A stretch of 64,000 bases of DNA, taken from NCBI GenBank assembly GCA_009103225.1, contig RHPI01003369.1, positions 751,500-815,499 of the forward strand. The letters run 5' to 3'. Made by a program: the position numbers and the translations under genes. This document shows, in pieces, positions 26,167 to 36,576 of the stretch; positions within the stretch are counted from its first letter, which is position 1; each line of letters starts with the position of its first letter. The notes beneath the pieces are model-generated. The model ran no database searches and was not told where the DNA came from. It worked only from the letters and a program-made list of their open reading frames with translations. This DNA is from Chlorokybus atmophyticus (Eukaryota > Plantae > Mesostigma and Chlorokybus algae).

Positions 26167-26603
26167 CGACCTCGTCATGGAGGTCGGCAAAGCGCAGTTG
26201 TACACAAAATGTGTCGATTGGTTGCAACTCGCACGGCACTTCTACAGCCAGCTTGCTCTTATCACCAGGTGCATAGTCAGCAAAGCTGCCTGCAGCACTG
26301 CACAGCAGCGGCTGTGTGCTGCCTGTCACATACTGTAGTACGCATGTACGACAAGCGCTAGCAGTCAACCAACATGTATGCAAGCAGTGGCATGCCCGTT
26401 TGCATCACCTTGCGGTAGGACTCACCACTTATGCGACCAAAGAGAGGCATGCCAGCCTGGCTGAGCTTTTGCATGCGCACAATTTGCTTGAAGTCTGCCT
26501 TGCGTGTAGCACTACCCAGGCGGCGTACAGAGGAGCATGGCTTCAGCTGTCAGTATTAGAAGTCGATGAACAAACTGCAGAGACGATGGTCATGCCAGTT
26601 TGA
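26167..26603 (+). CDS. Possible hypothetical gene (last two exons), weak F-box-like segment
   Basis: Exon 26167-26268 (DLVMEVGKAQLYTKCVDWLQLARHFYSQLALITS) joins in phase to 26339-26603 (THVRQALAVNQHVCKQWHARL...stop). Start not resolved. Confidence 0.3.
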
Positions 26604-26871
26604 CCAACAAACTGAGGCATTCATTACAGCACGCACAACATGCCCCTTTACAAGGCTGTACAGCGGTTGCCCCACCTGCATCCCGCAGCTACAAACCCTC
26701 AACAAACCCTGCAAAGGCTGAGAGCATCACTTCTCCAACATCGCAGCTGTGTTGCCTATCATACAGTTGCTGCTACCATCAGTGACGTTGTAATGTTCAT
26801 CCCAAAAGGCAGGAACATGAGACTTTCGTCCAACATCTGGACAGTCCTGCATTAATCTGAAGCTGCGCTGC

Positions 26872-29800
26872 TCACAGCCCAGCAGGAAACGTTTGCGGCA
26901 CTTCTGCTTCCGGCATGTCGGACTCGCGCTCCATGGGTTCAACTGCACGAGTGTGCTCGTAGTAGATGAGGGCGTCAAACTGCTTGGTCACGTGCCCGCG
27001 ATAGTAGTGGCTCTGGCGTTCAGTCTTGGCCGCGTAGATGACACCGATGTAACGCATCAGCCGGTTCTCCTTCTTCAACATCTTTGTCGCATCATTCTCG
27101 CTCCTCAAGTTCAGCCAGTAGGCCGGCAACCCAGCCTGCATGTCAATCACATCACCATAAGTGCATGACACTCTGCTGTATGACAGTGCTCAAAGACTAC
27201 AAACTGAGCTGTCCTGATCTTTTTGGCATGGTACCAAGACAACATCCTCAGCATTCTTACCTGGTGGAGTAAATCTTCATAGGAACCCTTCATTCCCAGG
27301 CGCACTTGCATGCGCTCTGGTGGGTCCCCCCACTCATGGGCTGCGGTCACTGTGCCAGTGTATGTGATCTGGAAGCATACCCTCAGGTCAATGAATGCTA
27401 CACGAATGCACAGTATGCATTTGTCGAGTTCTGCCTTGAGGAAGCAGCAAGGATATAGCGTGAGACATACCTGGCCAATGAGGTACGACTTGTTGGTACC
27501 AAGTTTTTCCCTCACTAGCTGGCCCAAGTTCAGCTCATTCCTAAAATGCATGAATGATCAAAGGGACCAATTGCACAAGCGGGAAACCTTATGCTGTTGT
27601 ACAACTGATACGGTGTTCTTGAGGTGCTATGAAGCGGCTTGCATGTGCAGCAAAAAACAACAGCCAGCTAAGGACCTAAAGCATGCGCATACTGTATCCC
27701 AGGCAAGGGATACGTGCAGGTTGGACATGCATCATATCAATAATGATTACCTTGGAAATTTAGACATGTCTGTCGCGCGTGCATCACCAAGGTGTGACTT
27801 GTGCGCCCACACCACAACCTTTGTAGGATCCCGTCCAGCGCGCTTGCTATTCAAGTACTTGATCAAAGCCTGCACATGTATCAGTGTTTCAGCTGTCTTG
27901 CTGCCTACAAAGTGGGCGTAGCTGGCCCATGCATGCTGTTGACGCTAACTTACACCGAGTATCGTCATCATGTGCGTGTCTCGCACATTCCAGGATTGAT
28001 CTTGCCCCAAGAACATTGACTTGTAGTACTTTTCTGCGTCTGCAGCGGCACAGGATTGACCACAAGGTTGATGCATGCAAGGCAGGCAGTGAAGCTATGT
28101 TCGCGTACCTGCCACAACTTGTGCATTCTGCACGGTGTAGAAGTAGTCGTCAGCAAGCTCATTCTTGTCGCTCGTTGATGCATTCAGTAATTTGTCCTTG
28201 TTCTTCAGCAAGTCATTCAGTATTTTCCACACTTGCTTCTCGCAATTCGCATCACCTAGGCTTGCTGTCAAAACGAAACACAATACATGTCAGTACAGTT
28301 ATGTAGCATTCGCGGCACGTCATACTTGAATTTGTAACTTGCAGCATTGTAATCAGCATTGTAATCCTCAGTTGTAGCAGCAGTGCTCTTCATGACTCCG
28401 TACCTGCAAGGCCATACCTGCAGACCATCATGAGGCTCAGCACATTGCTGTGTACCGCAAGAAAAGTCTGCTACAACCAAGACTGTACCACTGCTCCGAG
28501 CGGAAGTTGTCAAAGCACTTGTAGCGTTCCCGGGCTTCCTCGTACAGGGCATGGTCCGTTTTGTGCAGAAAACGCAGGACCTCTTGCATGGCTTCACGCA
28601 TGCAGTACAGGTCCAGGCCTACATGCAATAATTGGGTGGAAGTCAGCGTACGCATCCCAGCATGGAGGTCGGCTTGGGCAGAAGTCCAGGCACGTGAATA
28701 AGTAGTGTATCCTCAGCAAGAGAAACTTACCGTACACACCCACTAGGTCATGACCATATGCGCCGCCACCATGCACTGTCAGCACAACAACACGTCAGGT
28801 TGACTTCAATGCAAAGCTACAAGACTCTAGTGATGAGTTGTTTCGAGCAACGGACGGTAACAGGGGGCTTAGTGCGCTACTCATTCATGCCGACTTGCGA
28901 TACATTGCACCACTATAAAACACACTGCAGTAAAGCTCTCATACTGCTTTGACAATAAGCACGGTCCAGCCAAACAAATGCTGGGCACTCATTCCAATAA
29001 TGATAATTGATTGTGATATGGACACATATGAAAGCACTGCACCACTACTCTAATGCTCGCCTTCACCACTTTGGGGCGTGCCCTCTGGTCCCGCAGGAGC
29101 GTCCTTCATGACCATGTTTCATGCATCATCAGCTTATATGCACACCAACATCACTCCAAGGTACGTAGCTACATGTGATGTGCAGCTCGTTTTTTAGGCA
29201 AAAATCACTATCAGTTTGTGAAGTGTTGCATGCGGCATTATATACAAGATTCATAGGACATTTCTGTGCGCCTACATGATACGCAGCATCGTTACCGTTC
29301 TCTGTTCTCCTTGTGCGCTCCGTTGGACCTCTCCAGCGGCTTCATTCTGTAGAATATCAACAGCACAATCACCAACACGACAGTCTGGGACAACACCAGC
29401 AGCAGGCAAGTGGTGACCAGCCAAGCGCAACACCACACTGACCATCAACTTGAGTAAATCAGGTGTCACGGCACTGTGCAGTCTGTGCTTACCGTGCTGC
29501 TACGCTTTGCTGCCTCCTTCAAGAAAGTGTTGTACTCTCGCAGCCAGCCCGCAAAGTCCAAGACATCAGCATTGCGCCACATCCATGTTGGAAACCGCCT
29601 GCTATGGGCAGTGCGCAGAATGCGCAACCGAATATGATGATGCAGTACAACTTGACAATGCGTACAGCTCCGTGTAGGCGGTGCATGCAGCACCTAATGC
29701 GATTTTGGTGCTGCATGCACATACTGAGACGAGCAGCACAACTGGATGCTGCTGGCAGCATATCACTGAGACACAGTTATCAAAACAACTCTTCGACAAT

Positions 29801-30464
29801 GTTGCACTCACTTGAACCCAGCCAAAGATTCTGTTGCCGTTTGAATCTCGTCGTCAACGCGGCGCACGAACCGGTTGATCTGGTAAGCATCCGGCCAGTC
29901 TGCTTCCCAGGCAACTGCTCTGAAGCCATGCTCCTCAATCAAACGCCTGCATAAAGATTATTAGCTTGCACAGTACAGAACAGCAAGTGCAGAGAGGCAA
30001 GGCACAGTACTGCATGTCATCTCGCACAGTGCTGGAACTAACTGTTGTCAAACTGTGTGAGCCAGTAATTCTCCAACAACCAACCAACCTTGTGATGAGT
30101 GCACGCTGGCGGTAGAAGTCATGTGTGCCGTGTGATCCATCCCCAATGAGCACCACTTGAGCGGTGGCAGCTTCTTTGATCAGCTCGTCGTAGGCAGAGG
30201 CAGCACCGTCAAGCTGCGAGCCCTCTCAGGTTAACAGTTTGGCATGCCGGTTTCATTCAAATGATGTGTAGGTTGCACGTGCATGACCTTCAGGCATGTG
30301 CCAACATAAGGAAAACAAGTCACCTGTACAGCGTGCTTGCGGATGGTGTCTCCCTCACTGGAAGAAGCAGCTCTCTCTATGCCCCAGGAGACGGGCCTGG
30401 TCGGCGTTGGTGCTGGTGGCGCCGTCGGCGTGGCCGTCGTAGCCCTCCTCTCCGACATCGCCAT
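26872..30464 (-). CDS. Erythromycin esterase family protein (EreA/EreB-like hydrolase), copy C, apparently intact, about 14 exons
   Basis: MAMSERR...IRKHAVQ (30464-30324) | LDGAASAYDELIKEAATAQVVLIGDGSHGTHDFYRQRALITR (30213-30089) | [27 protein letters not shown] (29946-29812) | RFPTWMWRNADVLDFAGWLREYN | GVYG | LDLYC | EKYYKSMF..SWNVRDTHM | WAHKSHLGDARAT | NELNLGQLVRE | YTGTVTAAHEWGDP | RYIGVIY...QFDALIYYEHTRAVEP...QTFPAGL*. No stop or frameshift found in the exons I checked. The motif series is that of bacterial erythromycin-esterase family proteins. Confidence 0.9.
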
Positions 30465-30928
30465 CTTGGCAGGAGCAACAGGCACTCTGCAAGCAGCAGG
30501 AGAAAACAGTCTAGCTTGCAGCAGCTGCTCCCTCAAGCTTTGTGGTTTGAGCCTGGTAACCCTTGCGCTCAAGCTCACAGCCCTCAGCATCGCACGCACA
30601 AATCACATGCACCATGCTGTTCTTGTGCATTTCAATATACAGCATGCACAAGTGAGGGACCTCACCCCGTCAAGTCACAGGTTTGAGGCTTGGGCTTTAA
30701 AGCTTACCTCAGCTGTGCTGCATGCAGGGCAACTGGCAGTCTGACAACAGCTGCTCAGCTGGTGCTCAGCAGCCCTGCCGCCATGCCTCCCGTTGTCGCC
30801 GCTGACAACATATCTATACCTGCCCTGCTTGCTGCTTGACAGCTGTCAGTGGTCCGTTATAGATGTGCACAATTTTGTATTCAAACGTGAGCACCGTGAT
30901 TTTACACCTGTGTGAAACACCGGGGGGG

Positions 30929-31076
30929 NNNNNNNNNNNNNNNNNNNNNNNNNNNNNNNNNNNNNNNNNNNNNNNNNNNNNNNNNNNNNNNNNNNNNNNN
31001 NNNNNNNNNNNNNNNNNNNNNNNNNNNNNNNNNNNNNNNNNNNNNNNNNNNNNNNNNNNNNNNNNNNNNNNNNNNN
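30929..31076. other. Assembly gap (148 N) flanked by G runs
   Basis: N run with G7 on the left and G6 on the right, probably an unresolved poly-G tract. Confidence 0.95.
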
Positions 31077-33026
31077 GGGGGGACACGAGCAACAAAAATG
31101 CCATAAGACCTTTATGTTGCCAACATCATGTTGATTATGGCAAACTGATTGTTTGTCAGTTGTTCAATATCAAGCAAGATTAACATATTTTGTTACTTGT
31201 ATGGGCATTGACATTGAACAAACTATACAAATGGCACACAGTATTCGACATCATTGCAATGTATGGCTAAGATTTATACATATCTAAATAATGGATTGAT
31301 GGCATGTGCATAACTTGGTGAATTGTACAGTTATGCTACATATAAGAAGATGTTGTCATGATATTCAGTTGTTTGCGTCTTGTGTGAAATAAGAGGCTTA
31401 TGTGAATCGTCTAAATATGGCCATTGCATATGCAACAACTGGTGGAACTCTTGCATATATAAATGTCACACACCAATAGAGCCGCGCCGCCTGTGGTGCA
31501 AACATCATTGTTCTAGCTGTTGTTGAATTCATGCGATGCGTTATCATAACTCAAGTTGTAACAATTGGGGCCCAACCACTAGGCTATGGTAGTAAAAGAC
31601 ACTACCATGAGTGAGGTCTGTCACAATTTATCCCAATTCGTATGCAAATACAACAACGGTGACCATGCAAGGTGTAGATGCTTAGGTAGACTCCCTACAT
31701 CCTCGGGGGGGTGCCAATGGAAAGCGGCTATACGTAACAGCAGAAGCTGCGTACAATGCATGACTGCATTATGTTAACCCTAGCTTTTAGCCATCTATAG
31801 AAGAATCTGAAGCGTATAATAATAATAGTGTTATTGTACTCGCATTCAAGGTCACATACGGTATCTTTGTGAGTACACCTGCACATATTGTGCATGGCAC
31901 TGCATGAGCTCGAGGGTTGAGATATTTCGTGGGGTTGGGCATTCGTCGTGGTCATAGACATCGTCCTTGCCGTGCCTACCTCGTGGTCTCTCACCTTAAC
32001 CTCTTTCTGTCCCTCCTCCTCCTCCTCTTCTTGCGCCTGCAGGTACTACCGATGCTGGACGCTGTCGCAGCCGTCATGCCTCAGCACTGTGCACATAGCC
32101 CAGCCCCCTTAGCTTAATAGGTTGCTGTCTTATAACAAACAAATGTGCTTGCTTGGTTGGCTGTCTGCAACAGTGAATTGGTTGAATGTATTTAAGCTGT
32201 TATACCCTACGAGCTTTGCTCCCTTTTGCATATGTTATGCACTTAAGGCACACTTCCTCATGTTATTGAGGTTTTCAACAATAAGTTGTTCGGCTGTTGA
32301 CCATGTTTGATGACGCAGTAACTATAGCGTGTAATCAATTAGCGTTACATGGTAGAGTGGATTAGTTAGAACGAGGGTGAGTAGTGGCGGCATGTCTTGG
32401 GGTATGGGGCCTGCCCCGACCTCGTACCGCAAAAAAACGCGACCAATCTAACCACTAACTGTGCTGTAATTGCACCGAATCTCTAGCGATTTTGGGTTGC
32501 CGTTGGTAAGCAGCTGCCGCTGAGATAGTTTTCAGCATCTTTTACGCATCTTTGCAATGATTGGCCGTTTCGCTGCCTTTTTCAGCAACGGCTGTTGTCA
32601 CCGTTGCGATCTCATTTGATCAATCTCATGCGTGACCATATGGTGGCCTAACAATGAAGATTTTCGTTTAGTTGAATCTTAGCGTTAAGGTGGTTTAGGT
32701 TAGCATTATTTTAATGGTTGTAACCTAGGCATTACTTATTGAATAACTTAGCACGTACCATGGCATAAACGTTACGTTGCATATTAAGTAATCTAAAGCT
32801 TAACTGCATGTTGCTAGCCATATTGCACCATATTGCACCATATTGCAGCATATGTGCTTGATTCTGCAACACATCAGAGATATCAACATGTATCAATGTA
32901 TCTCCATATTTGTAAATATTGCTTCTGTAACACATAAAAATGATCAACATGCAGCCATAAGCGGCCACGTATGCAGAACTGTGCTTAATTTTATATGTAT
33001 TGGCATGCATTTGATCAATTAGATGT

Positions 33027-33189
33027 GCTTTGGACGGCCACGATCGTTTAAGCAGATTTAACGGTGTAAAGCTTGTACTCGCCGCCTAGCCAATAAGAAG
33101 TCGGGCCGCACATATTGCCGCGCAGCCCGGTAGTCGCGGGTGCCGTGTGATGGCCCGACCAAAGCCGCACCACTACTTATCGTATCTCC
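33027..33189 (+). repeat. GC-rich direct repeat, copy 1
   Basis: Shares the ordered blocks GCTTTGGACGGCC, CAGAT..AACGG, GCCGCCTAGCCAAT, CCGCGCAGCCCGGnAGTCGCGGGTGCCGT and AGCCGCACC..GTATCTC with 33789-34023. Confidence 0.85.
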
Positions 33190-33319
33190 GCACGTAACGT
33201 GGCAGCAACGTTAGTACTTATTGTATTATCTTAATACATGTGAGACATGTTCAGATCATATAAGCCATGTGAAACCATACGCCGCCAACTGTGCACCATG
33301 TTGTCCTCATTTTTGGCAA

Positions 33320-33459
33320 TTATTATATACATAATTAGATATATCTATATTATATATAGATATTGTATATATATATACATATTATATATATATATTATGT
33401 ATTTGATACATATATATATGATGTAAAGATGACATAAATTATAGATATAATGCATGTAA

Positions 33460-33490
<31 letters not shown>

Positions 33491-33770
33491 CGTATTTACC
33501 ATAATATAATATTATATGCATATAATATGCATAAAGCTATGTATCATAATATACTATATATATATATCTCTCATGCATATATAACGTAATATATGAATGA
33601 TATAAGATTACTCATATATATGTGCGCATATATTATATATAATTGCACTTATGATACATGTACACATGTTTATTCCTATTAATGGCATTAAATCATATGT
33701 AGGCATAATTGCATATAGTTATCAAGATCATCAAATGAAATATATGTCGTTCGCATATATTTTGAGCAGT
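33320..33770. repeat. Extremely AT-rich, (TA)n-rich low-complexity tract
   Basis: Degenerate TA dinucleotide runs, in sharp contrast with the surrounding sequence of roughly 50% GC. Confidence 0.9.
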
Positions 33771-33788
33771 TGCATGGCATGGGGATGA

Positions 33789-34023
33789 GCTTTGGACGGC
33801 CCAAATTTGTTTTGACAGATCGAACGGATAGTTAATTATTGCCGCCTAGCCAATGAGAGGCAGGCGGGCCGCGCTTACCGCGCAGCCCGGCAGTCGCGGG
33901 TGCCGTATGTCACGGGGCCGTGGTGCGTGGTGCGCGTGTAATGTGTCTTGTGCCCTAATGCCGGCCGGCCGGCCGGCCGGCCCAATCACACGCCTAATCA
34001 GCCGCACCGCTAGTTTGTATCTC
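33789..34023 (+). repeat. GC-rich direct repeat, copy 2
   Basis: Same ordered blocks as 33027-33189, plus an inserted GGCC tandem run. Confidence 0.85.
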
Positions 34024-34419
34024 GATTATGTCTTGTCCAAACTCCGGCTTGCTGTACATGTCATCCCTCAATTGACACTTGCTGAAGTCTACACATAATC
34101 ATATACAAGCTCCTCATTAACAAGCATGGCTTTGCAGTAGGTAGTAGCAATTGTCATGATAATTAGCATGACTAGGATTTTCACCTTCACTTTGCTTAAA
34201 ATACGCGCACTAGCAATGCCGACATCAACAAGACATGGTGACCCAATTGGCACAGCTACACAGACATGCAACACCGGAAACAGGGGATTCATACACCTTC
34301 GCAACATCGGCGCTACCACTCCTGCCTCCCAACTGTGCTTCGTATGCTCTCACCAACATAATTTACAGGCCGCTTTACTATACATGCATGGCGCCTCTCA
34401 CCAAACCAGTTGGGTGCTG

Positions 34420-36019
34420 TCAAAGGTACCCTCCCCACGACCGCAGAAAGGGGAACAGCCATGTCAAGAGCTTCAGGAACAACGAACTCGGTTGCCTGCG
34501 CACAAGAGGCGCGGGTTCGTTCTCTTCCCTCCTCCGCATGTAACCAACATCATGCATGTCCTCGTACTCCTCTTCTCCTCCCTCATCCTCATAACCAACA
34601 TCATCATAACCCATTGCACCTCTTCCACGCGGTGGTGGCAACAGCCCGCGCACGCGCTGCCTTTGCCTACCAGGCCTCTCAGCCCTGCCAACGCCTCGTC
34701 TCGAACCTTCTTGCTGTTGTTGGCGTGTTGTTTGTCCGCCCCACGCACGCTGCAGCCGGCGTGTGAACACTTTCCACATGCGGCGTGCAATGGGGTTGAG
34801 CGCCTTGCGCACTCCCGGGATGGCCAGCGCGCCCGCCACCCATAGCGCCGTTGAAGGGTTGTCGAGCACGTATGGGACTGACATAAACAGCAGCGGGATC
34901 GAAATTGTCACCAGCACCTGTTGTTGATAGTGTCTACTTTGCACACAAGCAGGCGCATATTGCTGCATTCACATGTAAGCTGATTACAGAGCAGTACAAA
35001 ATCTGGCTAGCAACTTTTACGGCAGGCAGGGTGGGCTTGTCAGCTCATTAGTGACAATTTTCGGTTTGGCATCAAAGTGAGTGCTGCTACTCTTGGGGTG
35101 AACACATATGAAGCTACTCGAGCTACGGACAATATGCAGCATGCCACGTCACAACGTTTGCAGCACATAATGGTACACACGACAAGACGCAACAACTTCT
35201 CACCTGTGCTGTGTGGTCCTCCGCGAGCTTCTCCGACATCCTTGGCTCCTCTGCGTCATAGTACTCCTCCCGCCGAACACGCTGCCGCCTCGCACCCGCA
35301 TCGCGGCGTGCATACTGTGGGTCGCGTCCATCATCCGGCCCGCGCCAAGCATGCGCTTGAAGACATGGCCGCTTGCGAGGCGGGCATGACTTTGCCTGTG
35401 GTTGTCTGCTGCAAACATCTGGACACAGGCGTGGCGGATGCTTGGTTGGAAAGACACTTTGCGCTTTGGGATGCCGCATAAACGAGAAAATTGCCACCGG
35501 TGTTGCAATCTGTTCACACGCTAAGTTGATAACGACTGCAGTTTGACAATGAAAGCATTGTGCTCAACGAGTAATTGAACTATGCTGGTTTCGTGGTACT
35601 TATCTTGTCAATTGCAAACACATGTGCAACTTGCATGCATGCTGCTAGGGTGAGCAGGTGGTTATGCAGCACCGTACTGCAGGAGAACTTTGCACCTTTA
35701 GCCATAATGGCAAAAACCTTTACATGTAACAACAAAAACAGCTGCTACAGTTACAGCCACCCACACGACGACCACAGCGATGTACAGAGTAAACGTGGCA
35801 CAGTGTTGAAGGTTTGGTTGCATGCTTCGCAACTGGAAGACAACCACTTTGGTAATCACACCAATGCATAGCAACAACTCGGAGGGTAGCGGAGCTGGGA
35901 ATCCACCCCAGCGTGTCATCACATAACACCTATACCTTGAACGCAACGCATGTGCCGCTTCTCTGATTGACACGTTCTGTAGAGTTCTGAACTTAGTTTG
36001 CGCTCACCTGCAGCTGCAT
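34420..36019 (-). CDS. Hypothetical membrane protein, possibly plastid-targeted (5' end uncertain)
   Basis: Last exon (about 34922-34420): hydrophobic VLVTISIPLLFMSVPYVLDNPSTALWVAGALAIPG, an acidic stretch, and C-terminal LFLKLLTWLFPFLRSWGGYL*. It joins in frame to the exon ending ...EKLAEDHTAQ|gtgaga. Candidate start MQLQ|gtgagc at 36019. Confidence 0.6.
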
Positions 36020-36576
36020 GCTTCTTCACGCTCTTTGTCCCCCGCAAGTTGCGTTGTGCGCGGCCTGAGCAAGAACGCCAGGGGCAACAACCGCCTCCGC
36101 CTCCAATCCCCTCGCCTTGCCTGCCTGCGCCTGCGCTCAGGCTTGCTTCGGCCGTCTGCTGGTCTAGTACGCTGAGAGAAGCCTGCTACTTTGGTCCCGC
36201 CGAGCCCAGGCTGCTGCGCACAGCCTCAAGCCGCCTGGCCTGCGCTAGGCCAGGACGGGCCGGGACAGGGCGGCGGACGGGGCGGCGGAGGTGTGTGGCC
36301 TGGCCTGCGCTTGAGACGGACGAGACACACACAAGCGAGTCGAGCCGTGTGGGTTGAGCAGCTAGCAGGCTGCGGAGGTGGCGTGCCTGAGTCGACGCCT
36401 GCCTTGTGGCATTGCCCTTCAACCTTGAGGTCGTTGCCGTCGCTGTCGGCCGGGCCTTGGCCAGAGCAGGCCCAAAAAAGCCGTCACACAAGTTTCAAGC
36501 ACATCTCACCTCCGGTTGCGGATTGTGGCCTGGCGAATTGTGGCTCGGCCGGCCCTGCCCCCCTCGCCTCTTCCGC

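Noticed and set aside
30814-31183. ORFs spanning the N run
   Set aside because: Open only because of ambiguous bases.
32810-32850. Short tandem CATATTGCAC x3 (also 14-bp and 13-bp doublets near 50690 and 52070)
   Set aside because: Simple slippage duplications; no spacers, so not CRISPR-like.
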